Assembly: GCA_052034235.1 (NCBI GenBank)
Contig: JBPOIT010000011.1
Coordinates: 118,719-182,718, forward strand
From: Candidatus Levyibacteriota bacterium
GTDB taxonomy: Bacteria; Patescibacteriota; Microgenomatia; Levybacterales; UBA12049
Length of the DNA stretch: 64,000 nucleotides
Direction: 5' to 3'
Positions 47,918 through 58,034 of this stretch are shown in pieces. The translations under genes were made by a program, and so were the position numbers. The notes below the pieces were generated by a model. It saw nothing but the letters and a program-made list of their open reading frames with translations. It ran no database searches and was not told the DNA's origin. The first letter of the stretch is position 1. The number at the start of each line of letters is the position of its first letter.

Positions 47918-49513
47918 ATGCTAAAAAATGATATAGTGGTCAGCAATAAGCCTCGCGCTCTTTTTGAAATGAAAACTTTTTTCACTTACCTTTTAATATT
48001 TCTCGCATTCTTTGGAATGCTTGATGCGGGATATTTAACATACGAACATTATCAAAACGAAATTCCACCATGCAGTGTAAGTTTTCTCGCTAGCGATTGC
48101 GGCGCGGTATTAACCAGTGAATATGCAATTGTTTTTGGCATTCCACTTGCACTGATTGGGCTTGCACATTATTACGTCTCAACAATCGCCCATATGTATG
48201 CAGCGATAGGCAAAAAAAGAAAGGCACGTTATCTCACGATTATACTCGCCTATGCTGGCCTTATAAGCTCAATTTATTTTGTATATTTGCAGCTAATCGT
48301 TATCCAATCAATTTGTTTATTCTGCATGGGTTCTGCACTGATTAGCACACTTATCTTTATCTTTGTCCAATTCGCATTTCAAAAAGAACAAAAATTACTT
48401 TTTTCGTTGGTATTTGGTTATTTCTACCGAAATGTTGCAAAGCCAATATTATTCAAACATGATCCTGAAATCGTGCATGAAAGGATTACTTCATCGAGTG
48501 AAATGTTTGGTAAATTCCCACCGATTAAATGGTTTGCAAAACTGTTTTTTCACTACAAAAATAACGCCTTGAAGCAAACTGTTGCCGGAATCACTTTTCA
48601 AAATCCCGTGGGCCTTGCAGCGGGGTTTGACTATGACGCAAAACTGACACAAATTCTACCAAGCGCTGGATTCGGATTTCAAGCAGTTGGAACAATTACC
48701 AATTTTTCATACGAAGGAAATAAACGCCCAATGCTCGGACGACTCCCCAAATCAAAATCACTTATGGTAAATAAAGGTTACAAAAATCTAGGCGCTTTGA
48801 AAACTGCAGAAAAATTAAACACACTTCACTTTGCCTATCCTGTGGGAATCAGCATCGGTGCGACTAATTTTCAAAAAAAGATAACCTTAAAAGACGCTAT
48901 CAACGATGTTGTTGACGCTTTTAAGGTTTTTGAAAAATCACCTGTGCGGCACGCATATTATGAACTAAATATCAGTTGCCCCAATTTATATACCGATATT
49001 AGTTTTTATCCGCCTAAGAATTTACGAGCACTACTTGAAGCTGTTGATAAACTTAAAATTAAAAAACCAATTTTTGTCAAAATGCCAATTGATCACACTG
49101 ACAAAGAAACCCAAGACATGCTCAAGGTGATTGCGGATCATTCACCGGTAGGAGTTATTTTTGGCAATCTCCAAACGAATAGAAAAGATGCTTCACTTGT
49201 TCAGAGCGAAGTAAAACAATTTAGTGTCGGTAATTTCAGCGGTAAACCTACATTTGTTCGTTCAAATGAATTAATTGCACTTACATATAAACAGTATAAA
49301 AAGCGATTTGTAATCATAGGCTGCGGGGGCATATTTAGTGCTGAGGATGCATATAAAAAAATTACATTGGGTGCAACACTTGTACAGCTTATTACTGGAA
49401 TGATTTTTGTGGGTCCGCAGCTAATTTCAGACATCAATATAAAACTTGTCGATCTTATAAAAAAGGACGGATTCACCCACATCTCTGAAGCAATTGGTTC
49501 AAAAAACACCTAA
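47918..49513 (+). CDS. pyrD: Fusion of a vitamin-K-epoxide-reductase-like (VKOR) membrane domain with class 2 dihydroorotate dehydrogenase
   Basis: The N-terminal 150 aa have a loop Cys pair (CSVSFLASDC), SEYAIVFGIPLALIG and a TM CxxC (ICLFCM). The rest aligns with quinone-dependent PyrD (GITFQNPVGLAAGFD, ELNISCPN, IIGCGGIFSAEDAYKKITLGATLVQLITGMIFVGPQLI). Confidence 0.7.
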   Translation: MLKNDIVVSNKPRALFEMKTFFTYLLIFLAFFGMLDAGYLTYEHYQNEIPPCSVSFLASDCGAVLTSEYAIVFGIPLALIGLAHYYVSTIAHMYAAIGKKRKARYLTIILAYAGLISSIYFVYLQLIVIQSICLFCMGSALISTLIFIFVQFAFQKEQKLLFSLVFGYFYRNVAKPILFKHDPEIVHERITSSSEMFGKFPPIKWFAKLFFHYKNNALKQTVAGITFQNPVGLAAGFDYDAKLTQILPSAGFGFQAVGTITNFSYEGNKRPMLGRLPKSKSLMVNKGYKNLGALKTAEKLNTLHFAYPVGISIGATNFQKKITLKDAINDVVDAFKVFEKSPVRHAYYELNISCPNLYTDISFYPPKNLRALLEAVDKLKIKKPIFVKMPIDHTDKETQDMLKVIADHSPVGVIFGNLQTNRKDASLVQSEVKQFSVGNFSGKPTFVRSNELIALTYKQYKKRFVIIGCGGIFSAEDAYKKITLGATLVQLITGMIFVGPQLISDINIKLVDLIKKDGFTHISEAIGSKNT

Positions 49514-49599
49514 TCCAAACACACCCGATGCATGAAGTAAATTCTCACTCGCGAAGAAAGATCACTGGAAAAATGAAATAGATCTGCTACAATAATTGT

Positions 49600-49923
49600 A
49601 TGAGCGACCCTGCCAAAACACCGCCAGTTCTGCTTGTTACTGATAAAACTTCACACGATGGAAAAGTCTGGAGTGACACTGCAAAAAACCGTTTTATTAA
49701 ACAACATGGAAGTGTTGACGATATTCCAGAAGGAGACGCGCACGCCGTTCCTGTTTATAACAGCCCCGTCCAACCACCACCAGTAACACCTGAAGAGCAA
49801 AAAGCTGCTGTGGACAAACTCACTGAACAAATAAATGCACTAAAAAACCAAGACACAAAACCCGAAGAGCCAGTACCCGCAGAAAAAAAAGGCAGTAATT
49901 TCTACGATGAGTGGGTCGATTAA
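49600..49923 (+). CDS. Small hypothetical protein
   Basis: 107-aa acidic/Pro-rich ORF in an intergenic gap. No family recognised. Confidence 0.3.
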   Translation: MSDPAKTPPVLLVTDKTSHDGKVWSDTAKNRFIKQHGSVDDIPEGDAHAVPVYNSPVQPPPVTPEEQKAAVDKLTEQINALKNQDTKPEEPVPAEKKGSNFYDEWVD

Positions 49924-51741
49924 TTATTTATTTCGAAAATACGCTTCTAAGACTTTCTTTGCAATCGGGGCTGCTTTTTGAGAACCTTCTCCGCTTTCTT
50001 CAACTAAAACAGTGACAACAATTTCAGGTGCATACGCGGGAGCAAATGAGGTTATCCATGCGTGCGGCAGTGTTTCTTCACCGCCGTGCTGTGCAGTTCC
50101 TGTTTTACATGCAACAGGTATTTTAATCATTTTTGCTGAACCTGAAGCTGTTTCTACATAATTTTTACCGTCAATTTGAATATTTGTCTTTCCGTCTGCG
50201 GGTTTTTTGATGCCAAAGTTATAGAGAGGATAAGCTACTCCACCGGGACTGCAGCTGTCAATCATTCCTTTTCGTATCAATTGAGTCGTTGAATCACTCA
50301 AAAAATCATATCGTATTGTATTGATTGATGCAGTGTTAACCTCCAACAATAATCGTGGTTTAAAAAGCGTTCCACCGTTTGCAATGACTTCTCCCCACGT
50401 GTGTACCTGAAGCGGTGTTGCAAGCATATAGCCTTGCCCAATGCCATAATGATACGTATCTCCGAGATACCAGCTCTCACCTATAACATCTTTTTTCCAA
50501 TCTTTTGTCGGCACGGTACCTGAAACTTCACCACCCAAATCAATTCCTAATTTGCTACCTGCGCCAAATGTTTTTGCCATATCAGCGAGTCTGTCGACAT
50601 TTATTTTTTCAGCCAATTTATAATAAAAAATATCATTTGACCTGGCGAGTGCGCGCGTCACATCAAGTTTGCCTTGTTCTTTTCGACCATATTGTGTGTA
50701 ATACCAATTTGCGTAAGAAAATTCACCAACAGTGAGAACTCCAGTGTCTTCAACTCTATAACTTGCATCAATAATTCCTTTCTCAAGCCCAGCTGCTGAT
50801 GTGATAATTTTAAAGGTAGATCCAGGCGGATAGACACCACCAATTGCACGATTAAGAAGCGGCTGCGCTGTTGTATCAGATAATACAGCTTCTAAGTTGG
50901 AATAGGCACTTGTAGACGATACTTTATATGTTTTATCAAGTGTAAAAAGATTTGGATCAAATGTTGGACGCGAAATAAGTGAAAGGACTTCACCATTGGG
51001 TTTGGAGACTATCACTACTCCCCGCTTCACATCTTTCGTCGCATCATAAACTGCTTCCTGTAATTTGCTATCAATGGTAAGCGTTATGTCCTGACCAGGT
51101 ATGGGATCTTCTTTGCCCAGTGAGCGAATAGGTTTTCCTGTTGCATCGACCTCAATAAGTTGTCTTCCGTCTTTGCCTTTTAAAATACTTTCGTATGACC
51201 TTTCAATACCGTTCTTGCCAATCCAATCTGTACCAAGATAACCTTCAAACTTTTTACTTTTCAGTTCTTCTTCTGAAATTTGACCAATATACCCAAGGAC
51301 ATGCGCAAGCGTATCTTTAAGCGGGTATTCTCGAAAAGAATCAACTTCAATGTTTCTCATGCCTCGTGCGATAAGTGGTATTGCTTCCTCTTGACTGAGT
51401 GGTTTTGTCTCACAAATTTTTTCTTCTTTGTTACAATTTATTATTTGCCTGAAACCTGGAGTGTTGAGAACCAACGGAACTCCATTTCTATCAAAAATGA
51501 TGCCTCGTGGTGCATGAATTGTCTGGGTTCGTACGCGGTTTGAATCTGCAAGAGCACGATATTCTCCGCCCTTTATTATTTGCAAAGAGAAAAGCTGCCA
51601 GAGAAAAATTCCACCTACAAGTAGAAGTACACTAGGAAAAAGAAAACCCCGCAGTTTAATTGGAGTGGGAGTATCATCGTACTTTCTCCTTTTATATTTT
51701 CCTGTTTTGATATGTTCACCAAGAAGATAAGCGTATTTCAT
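49924..51741 (-). CDS. mrdA: Penicillin-binding protein 2 (peptidoglycan D,D-transpeptidase)
   Basis: N-terminal TM plus dimerisation domain, an STFK active-site motif, and a position downstream of mreCD. Confidence 0.85.
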   Translation of the reverse strand: MKYAYLLGEHIKTGKYKRRKYDDTPTPIKLRGFLFPSVLLLVGGIFLWQLFSLQIIKGGEYRALADSNRVRTQTIHAPRGIIFDRNGVPLVLNTPGFRQIINCNKEEKICETKPLSQEEAIPLIARGMRNIEVDSFREYPLKDTLAHVLGYIGQISEEELKSKKFEGYLGTDWIGKNGIERSYESILKGKDGRQLIEVDATGKPIRSLGKEDPIPGQDITLTIDSKLQEAVYDATKDVKRGVVIVSKPNGEVLSLISRPTFDPNLFTLDKTYKVSSTSAYSNLEAVLSDTTAQPLLNRAIGGVYPPGSTFKIITSAAGLEKGIIDASYRVEDTGVLTVGEFSYANWYYTQYGRKEQGKLDVTRALARSNDIFYYKLAEKINVDRLADMAKTFGAGSKLGIDLGGEVSGTVPTKDWKKDVIGESWYLGDTYHYGIGQGYMLATPLQVHTWGEVIANGGTLFKPRLLLEVNTASINTIRYDFLSDSTTQLIRKGMIDSCSPGGVAYPLYNFGIKKPADGKTNIQIDGKNYVETASGSAKMIKIPVACKTGTAQHGGEETLPHAWITSFAPAYAPEIVVTVLVEESGEGSQKAAPIAKKVLEAYFRNK

Positions 51742-51742
51742 A

Positions 51743-52183
51743 TTAAGAAAGAGGTAAAAACTTTTCTTTTTGCTTCGTCAATTTTGTATCTAAAAAAACT
51801 CTTATCCCACTAAATAAAATGAGTGCAACCAGTGCTGCTATAAATGACTGCTGTAATATATTTTCTAAGCCAAAAGTCAAAAGGAACAAAAATGAACCAA
51901 AAAAGGTCGCGATGAGTACAAAAGGGGCAGAATATATTTCATATTTCTTTTTATAAAGTAATATAAATAAAAGAAAACAAAGATAAAAAATACTTGTAGC
52001 TCCGGCTTGTTGCAATCTGAAACCATCAATAATAAGCCCCGATGCAAATGCTAGCAAAAAAACACTTGTATCTCGCTTTATTATGGTAAAACAAATGAGA
52101 CAAAGGAGCGTTAGTGGAAGTGTTGTTATAACACCCTCAAGCAGTATAGAAACAATGAGTAAAGCGACTAATAAAATTATCAT
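51743..52183 (-). CDS. mreD: Rod shape-determining protein MreD
   Basis: 146-aa polytopic membrane protein between mreC and mrdA. Confidence 0.5.
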   Translation of the reverse strand: MIILLVALLIVSILLEGVITTLPLTLLCLICFTIIKRDTSVFLLAFASGLIIDGFRLQQAGATSIFYLCFLLFILLYKKKYEIYSAPFVLIATFFGSFLFLLTFGLENILQQSFIAALVALILFSGIRVFLDTKLTKQKEKFLPLS

Positions 52184-52190
52184 AAAGAAG

Positions 52191-52958
52191 TTATTCTAAC
52201 AGGATAAAAACCGTGTCCATTTTCCCCAAATCAACTAATGTTTCTATTTCAGCAGATTGAAACAGCGAACTTGCTTTTTTATTTACTGCAATTATTTTTC
52301 CCACAACCAAATCCTGAGGAAAACCTTTACCGCTTTGATCGATATCTCCTTTTGTCATAACAATATCATTTTTTTCAAGTTTGTCAGCGAGCACAACGTT
52401 AAGGAGTACTACTTTCCCTTCACCTTTTCCTTGAATTATTCCCAATGCCGTCGTCTTTGTCGTTTTGGCAGTAAAAGTTAAACCGTTTTTCGTAAGCAGT
52501 TCCCCCACTGATCTATGCTCGGAAACCTTTATTATTCTGCCAATGAGATTATCTCGGATAATCATCACACTTCCCGCTTTAACTCCATCTTTGGTTCCTT
52601 TATCAAGGATGATTTCATCATTTTTCCCACCGATAATTTGTGCTGGAACTAATTGTTTAGGAGAAGGTATTGTTGTTCTGAATTGATCACGCAGGGCATT
52701 GTTTTCTTTTTTCAACTCTTCCTGTTGCGCAAGTAAAGTTTGGAGCTTCACATTTTCTTCTCGTAATTTTGCCTCCGGTGTAAGCTGTTTTGCTCCTGAA
52801 CCAAAGGAAAGAAAAAGTGTTTTTTGCACTGGCAATAAAAGGCCTTCAAAAAAACTACTCGTACCCTTCCCCAACTGTGTGCCTGAAAAAATGTACACGA
52901 GGATTGCTAAAACAAAAAAAAAGGAAAATATAGGAAGAAGACTGCGCCTACTCTTCAT
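52191..52958 (-). CDS. mreC: Rod shape-determining protein MreC
   Basis: N-terminal TM, a coiled-coil (LQTLLAQQEELKKENNALRDQ), and a C-terminal beta-domain typical of MreC. Confidence 0.7.
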   Translation of the reverse strand: MKSRRSLLPIFSFFFVLAILVYIFSGTQLGKGTSSFFEGLLLPVQKTLFLSFGSGAKQLTPEAKLREENVKLQTLLAQQEELKKENNALRDQFRTTIPSPKQLVPAQIIGGKNDEIILDKGTKDGVKAGSVMIIRDNLIGRIIKVSEHRSVGELLTKNGLTFTAKTTKTTALGIIQGKGEGKVVLLNVVLADKLEKNDIVMTKGDIDQSGKGFPQDLVVGKIIAVNKKASSLFQSAEIETLVDLGKMDTVFILLE

Positions 52959-53027
52959 GAGCCTATTGTAGCCGCTTTAAACTAATCTCGCAACCATCAC
53001 AGCATTCAAACCAAATTGTGGTTTTGG

Positions 53028-53717
53028 CTATTTAATTGCTTTGTAAATATCAACACCGTTAAGTGCCATATGATAGAGAAACAGCGGATGTAATAATTTT
53101 TCAGGGTGTGGAAATGCACCGAGTTTTTTGGCAGTTTCAACTGACATATCATATGTACCAACGGCTTTTGCAGGTACTACTATCTTTTTCTGTTGATTTG
53201 CTGCGTTTGCAGATAGACGAAGATGCATTGCCATGGAATAGACACAAAGGTCTGTGCAGTCACCAATTATTATAAAGGTATCTATTTCCGGACGGTTTTT
53301 GAAGTAAGTATCAAACTCTGTATTATATGCAGGACTCAGAGAATTTTTTTCAATAAGATGAAACTTATCAGCAAATGGTAATTGTTTTATTTCAGGAATA
53401 GTTTCCGCTTCGTCACTCCCCTTTTGACAATGTGGTGGATAAGCCGCAAATTCAACTGCTTGATCATGATGTGCATCTTGGACAAGTAAAAAATGCTCAA
53501 CTCCAGAATTATATGCACTCTCAAAAACTGCAACGACATCCGGAATAATACTTTTTACTTGCGGACTTGCAAGCGGCCCTTTATGGCAAAATCCAACCAC
53601 CATATCAACGGAGATTACCGCAATTTTTTTAGGGTCTTTTTGTAGCGTCTTAAAGGTAACTGATTGTAAATTTTGTTCCCAATCAGTCAACCAATCAAAG
53701 AAATCATTTTGTTTCAT
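53028..53717 (-). CDS. pncA: Isochorismatase-family cysteine hydrolase, probable nicotinamidase
   Basis: Has VDMVVGFC, K, and the GDCTDLCV catalytic Cys region. It is clustered with pncB. Confidence 0.55.
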   Translation of the reverse strand: MKQNDFFDWLTDWEQNLQSVTFKTLQKDPKKIAVISVDMVVGFCHKGPLASPQVKSIIPDVVAVFESAYNSGVEHFLLVQDAHHDQAVEFAAYPPHCQKGSDEAETIPEIKQLPFADKFHLIEKNSLSPAYNTEFDTYFKNRPEIDTFIIIGDCTDLCVYSMAMHLRLSANAANQQKKIVVPAKAVGTYDMSVETAKKLGAFPHPEKLLHPLFLYHMALNGVDIYKAIK

Positions 53718-55092
53718 TTCTTTTTGAGAGCCCTAAATAAAGGAATGTCACAAACACCATTGTTGGGATGGTTGCCGTTACAGAATGTCTTACTTCAGGA
53801 AGCGCATAACTGCAAATCCAATACATAACCGTTCCAGAAATAAGCGCAATCACCCCGCTATGATTCCAACCGTTTTTGAACCAATAGATTCCACCCTTTA
53901 ATTTAAAGAGATCATCAGTATATTTTTGTTTGTGTATGAAGAAATAATCAACCAAAATTAAGGTCCAAAGCGGCACGACAATTGCTCCCAGGAAATCGAG
54001 GAAGAAAATATAAAATCCTACAAATGACGTCGCAATCAAAGGAGTACATGCAAGTGGTATAAGAGCAAGTGAGACATAAAGCAATAATTTGTTAAGAGAA
54101 ACATGTTTTTTATGAGCAATAATATTGGCAACGCCGAGCGATGTTGCATAGATATTCCCGGCATTTGTCGTTACTGTTGCAAAAAGAACTATAAATGCAG
54201 CAAGCCAACCAAGACCCAACGCAACAGTCGTTGATGATGGGTCAGCAAGAAGCGGTGAATATTCTCCCGTTGAAACTGCGAGATAGACAACGGCTACTGC
54301 ACCAACGGTAAACCACAATAGTTGAGCAGCAACTGCACCGGTAAACGGTCCCCATGTTCCTGCTTTTTTGGTTTTCGCAAAGCGAGAAAAATCGCCGATA
54401 AATTCCCACGTCCAGTTATACGCAATCATCAAATCAACAAGGAGTGCAAAAGTGACAGGAAATGTGTATGGTCCAATATTGGTTTGCAAAACTTCTGAAG
54501 GTCTCCAATCAATCAGTGTCACCACATCCCAATGAGAAAAAACAACATAGGTTTGATATATACCAAGAAGTACAAAGCCAATTGTCGCTGCCCATTGAAT
54601 TTTTTTCAAACCCTTACTACCGGTGACCGCGAAGAATCCCTGAATAAGACATACAATAACAATATACCCCACCATATACTGTGCATTATTTGGATCCAGA
54701 TATGAAGGCAAACCTAACCAAAGTTTGAAGATAAACGACAGTGCAATTGCACCGAGAAACACATTAACAACGCCCCATCCTGCACCGAGGATAAGATAAA
54801 AAATTGAAGGGACAATTGAACCGCGAGTACCAAATGTAGGACGGGCAATAGCAATCGAGGATGCGCCAGTCTCAGCTGAAATTTTACCCAAATATGCCCA
54901 TGGAATAAGTGAAAGAATATTGACGACAACAATAAAAAAAGTAGCGCCCATAAGCCCCTGCCATCCTGCCATTAATGCACCATAGAACCAAGCTGCCGGT
55001 AAACTTGTACTCCCAAACCAGAACGCCACTAAATCCCAATAAGAATACGTGCGTTCTTTCCAACCTACTTTATCAAATGCTGAATGTTCCAT
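53704..55092 (-). CDS. NCS1-family (nucleobase/nicotinamide-riboside-type) cation symporter
   Basis: 462 aa with about 12 TM helices and an NCS1-like N-terminal pattern (…WDLVAFWFGSTSLPAAWFYGALMA…). Confidence 0.6.
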   Translation of the reverse strand: MEHSAFDKVGWKERTYSYWDLVAFWFGSTSLPAAWFYGALMAGWQGLMGATFFIVVVNILSLIPWAYLGKISAETGASSIAIARPTFGTRGSIVPSIFYLILGAGWGVVNVFLGAIALSFIFKLWLGLPSYLDPNNAQYMVGYIVIVCLIQGFFAVTGSKGLKKIQWAATIGFVLLGIYQTYVVFSHWDVVTLIDWRPSEVLQTNIGPYTFPVTFALLVDLMIAYNWTWEFIGDFSRFAKTKKAGTWGPFTGAVAAQLLWFTVGAVAVVYLAVSTGEYSPLLADPSSTTVALGLGWLAAFIVLFATVTTNAGNIYATSLGVANIIAHKKHVSLNKLLLYVSLALIPLACTPLIATSFVGFYIFFLDFLGAIVVPLWTLILVDYFFIHKQKYTDDLFKLKGGIYWFKNGWNHSGVIALISGTVMYWICSYALPEVRHSVTATIPTMVFVTFLYLGLSKRNETK

Positions 55093-55247
55093 CGCTTATT
55101 ACTTAGTGTAATATTTACACTAAGTCAATATATTTAATGATAGTCCAATTAAAAATCGTATGCAAGAGGCAAATTTATTATTTTATGATAAAGCACGCAT
55201 TTGTTGCGAGAAAAAGTGTATTTCAGATGCAATGAGTAAGTTATAGT

Positions 55248-55844
55248 TTAGGAGAAAATTTTCACCAATGTAGGGCTTCTCTTCTTGAATGTATATACTT
55301 GTGCAGGACGTGAAACCCCAACTCTTCTTTTTCCTGTTGGCTCCAAAAAATCCAGTGAGAGAATCTTTTTTCTGAAGTTTCTTTTATCAAGTATTTGTCC
55401 CAATATTGCTTCGTACGTTTTCTGAAGGTCACTTAGAGTAAATTCTTTGGGAAGCAAACTGTACACGACATTGGTATATTCAATTTTCCACTCCAGCCGT
55501 TGAACCGCATACGAAATAATTGTTTTGTCTTGTGCTTGAATTGCTGTACTCTTTACCTTTTTCCACGCATCATCATACTTTTGATTTTGTGAAAGCGGTA
55601 CCAACACATAGTACACAATTGAAATCGTATTATCTTCAGCCGCAACTGTATAAAGTTGTTCTGAATAGTTATTACCCAAAGGAAAACCAGTTGCGGTAGT
55701 AAATAACGTATCGACTTGTTCATCAAGCGTTTTTTGTGATTGCACCTCTGTGGACGGTAGTAATCCTTCGTTTATAAATACAGCAAGTGAATTATCAATA
55801 ACACCAAAAATAACAATTTTTATGTTTACAGTGATTTGTTGCAT
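55248..55844 (-). CDS. Putative NrtR-like regulator of NAD metabolism (degenerate Nudix fold plus C-terminal winged-helix)
   Basis: The C-terminus …LSDLQKTYEAILGQILDKRNFRKKILSLDFLEPTGKRRVGVSRPAQVYTF resembles the NrtR DNA-binding domain as I recall it. The N-terminus has a Nudix-like strand pattern but lacks the catalytic Glu residues. Confidence 0.4.
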   Translation of the reverse strand: MQQITVNIKIVIFGVIDNSLAVFINEGLLPSTEVQSQKTLDEQVDTLFTTATGFPLGNNYSEQLYTVAAEDNTISIVYYVLVPLSQNQKYDDAWKKVKSTAIQAQDKTIISYAVQRLEWKIEYTNVVYSLLPKEFTLSDLQKTYEAILGQILDKRNFRKKILSLDFLEPTGKRRVGVSRPAQVYTFKKRSPTLVKIFS

Positions 55845-56884
55845 AAGCGTTTATTGGGAATAAATGTTCGGCCGGTTTTTGCAATTTTCTTTCCATCAAC
55901 TTCTACACAATCTGCAGTAAAATCATTACTGCCCTTTAAAAGTGATGATCCAACTCCATATATATCAACAGGAATATGTGCATTTTCAAAATCAACTATT
56001 TTTTCTGCTGTAAAACCTCCGGACACAACAATTTTGACATGATGAAAACCCTCAGCATCCAGTGCTTTTCGAACAGCAATGACAAGCTGTTTATTAACCC
56101 CTCTTAACGAAGCGTCATCTTGCTGAAGTGATATATCAATCATTGTTTCAGAAGTATCAAGCCGTACTCCAAATAATTTCTTACCAAATTTTCTCGCAAC
56201 AGTAAGTGCAGTTGTCACACAATCATTATCAAAATCAACAAGAACAATAAGTGGAACTTCAGGAAAGTTTTTTGCAAAAGATTCAGCAGCTTTTACTGTC
56301 TCACCATCATGAATCGCAATAAGCGAATGAGGTAAGGTACCCATTGCTTTTCCTTCGTATAAAAAAGCTTGAGCTGGGGTTGCAACGCCGTGTACTCCTC
56401 CTCTATTTGCAGCATAACCATCAATCTCCTGATTCAAAAAATAATCAAATCTATCGGCAAAAAACATGACTTGTTTTCCTTTTGCTGCTTTTACAACAGT
56501 ATGAGCATTTGTCGCTATTTTTGTTTGACGAGCCAACATACCGAGATATAAAGATTCTAAATGTGCGAAATGTGCATAGGGACCTTTAATATGCATTACT
56601 GTTTCTCGAGGTTCAATTGTGTCACCATCAGATAAAGATTCAATGCTTATCTCACCTGATTTATCAATCCATTTTTCATTTTCAAAATAACCAGTACCAA
56701 TTTTTAACAGTTCCAAAACTTGATCAACACCGCAAAGTATCCCATCATTTTTTTGAAAAATTTGCATGGTAATAGGTTTGAGATTTTTCTCATTCAGAAG
56801 CATCTGCTTTGTGCGGTTAAAATACTGCGCAGAATAAAACCCTTTTCTAATCTTTTCAATTGTCTCTTGATCCCAATAGTTCAT
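55826..56884 (-). CDS. pncB: Nicotinate phosphoribosyltransferase-family protein
   Basis: 352 aa with the NAPRTase/PRTase type II pattern (…FADRFDYF…GYAANRGGVHGVATP…VRLDTSE…VSGG…). Confidence 0.65.
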   Translation of the reverse strand: MNYWDQETIEKIRKGFYSAQYFNRTKQMLLNEKNLKPITMQIFQKNDGILCGVDQVLELLKIGTGYFENEKWIDKSGEISIESLSDGDTIEPRETVMHIKGPYAHFAHLESLYLGMLARQTKIATNAHTVVKAAKGKQVMFFADRFDYFLNQEIDGYAANRGGVHGVATPAQAFLYEGKAMGTLPHSLIAIHDGETVKAAESFAKNFPEVPLIVLVDFDNDCVTTALTVARKFGKKLFGVRLDTSETMIDISLQQDDASLRGVNKQLVIAVRKALDAEGFHHVKIVVSGGFTAEKIVDFENAHIPVDIYGVGSSLLKGSNDFTADCVEVDGKKIAKTGRTFIPNKRLCNKSL

Positions 56885-56885
56885 C

Positions 56886-58034
56886 TTATCTCAATCCACC
56901 AATGACTTTGACTCGCTCGAGAAGTTCTTCTTGTTCGAGAACTTTTCCTGTTCCTCTTACAACTGATGTCAGTGAATCTTCTGAAACAACTACTGGCAAA
57001 TGCACCCGTTCGACAATGAGTTGATCTAAACCTGAAAGTTTTGCCCCTCCACCCGTGAGCAAAATTCCGTGTTCCAAAATATCTGGCAGTAGTTCAGGCG
57101 GAGTTTCTTCCAAAACATCTGCAACTCCTTGCACAATTTGTGTAAAAATTGGGGTAAGTGCTTCTCTCACTTCTGATTCCGTAATTTTAAGACTACGCGG
57201 CAGTCCTGTCTCAATATCTCTTCCTCGAACAATAATCATTTTCTCAGTTTTTTCCTTTTCTCCTTTTTCGTCATTTTCTATACCCTCTTCTCCACTTTTT
57301 ATTTTCTGATTTTTCATCTTTGGTCTTTTCTCATACGCGCTGCCAATTTTCATTTTTATTTCTTCAGCAGTTCTTTCTCCCAAAAGTAACCCGTGACGCA
57401 ATCGAATATAATGTAAAACTGCTTGATCCATGTCATCGCCTGCAAGTTTGAGAGATCGTCCAACGACAATACCACCCAGCGAAATAACTGCAATTTCTGT
57501 CGTTCCGCCACCGATATCAACTACCATAACCCCTTTTGACTGAAAAACCATAATGCCTTCACCAATTGCAGCTGCCATTGGTTCCTCAATGAGATATGCT
57601 TCCCGTGCCCCAGCTGCAAGTGCTGCCTCCCAAACAGCACGACGTTCAACTTCTGTAACTGCTGAAGGGATACCAATAACAACTTTAGGGCGGGCAAACA
57701 ACCTTTGTAATGGTTTGCCTACTTCATGCACTTGTTTAATATAATGCGCAATCATAGCTTCTGTTGCATCAAAATCCGCAATTACTCCTCCTTTAAGTGG
57801 GCGTATTGTCAAAATCGAAGCTGGTGTCTTTCCATGCATTTTTTTTGCTTCAGATCCGATAGCGATTATTTGTTTTGTTTTCCTATGACGGGCAACCATT
57901 GAAGGTTCTCTAATAACAATTCCTTTACCCTTTACAAAAACCAACGTATTCGCAGTACCTAAATCAATACCAATATCATAAGAAAAAAGTGAGAATAATT
58001 TATTAAGTGGAGAAATATTCATTTTAGAATTCAT
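56886..58034 (-). CDS. mreB: Rod shape-determining protein MreB (actin-like) with a ~35-aa Lys/Glu-rich insertion
   Basis: Has DIGIDLGTANTLVFVKGKGI and VVDIGGGTTEIAVISLGGIV motifs. There is an insertion (KRPKMKNQKIKSGEEGIENDEKGEKEKTEK). The start is taken at the MNSKMNIS Met. Confidence 0.85.
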   Translation of the reverse strand: MNSKMNISPLNKLFSLFSYDIGIDLGTANTLVFVKGKGIVIREPSMVARHRKTKQIIAIGSEAKKMHGKTPASILTIRPLKGGVIADFDATEAMIAHYIKQVHEVGKPLQRLFARPKVVIGIPSAVTEVERRAVWEAALAAGAREAYLIEEPMAAAIGEGIMVFQSKGVMVVDIGGGTTEIAVISLGGIVVGRSLKLAGDDMDQAVLHYIRLRHGLLLGERTAEEIKMKIGSAYEKRPKMKNQKIKSGEEGIENDEKGEKEKTEKMIIVRGRDIETGLPRSLKITESEVREALTPIFTQIVQGVADVLEETPPELLPDILEHGILLTGGGAKLSGLDQLIVERVHLPVVVSEDSLTSVVRGTGKVLEQEELLERVKVIGGLR

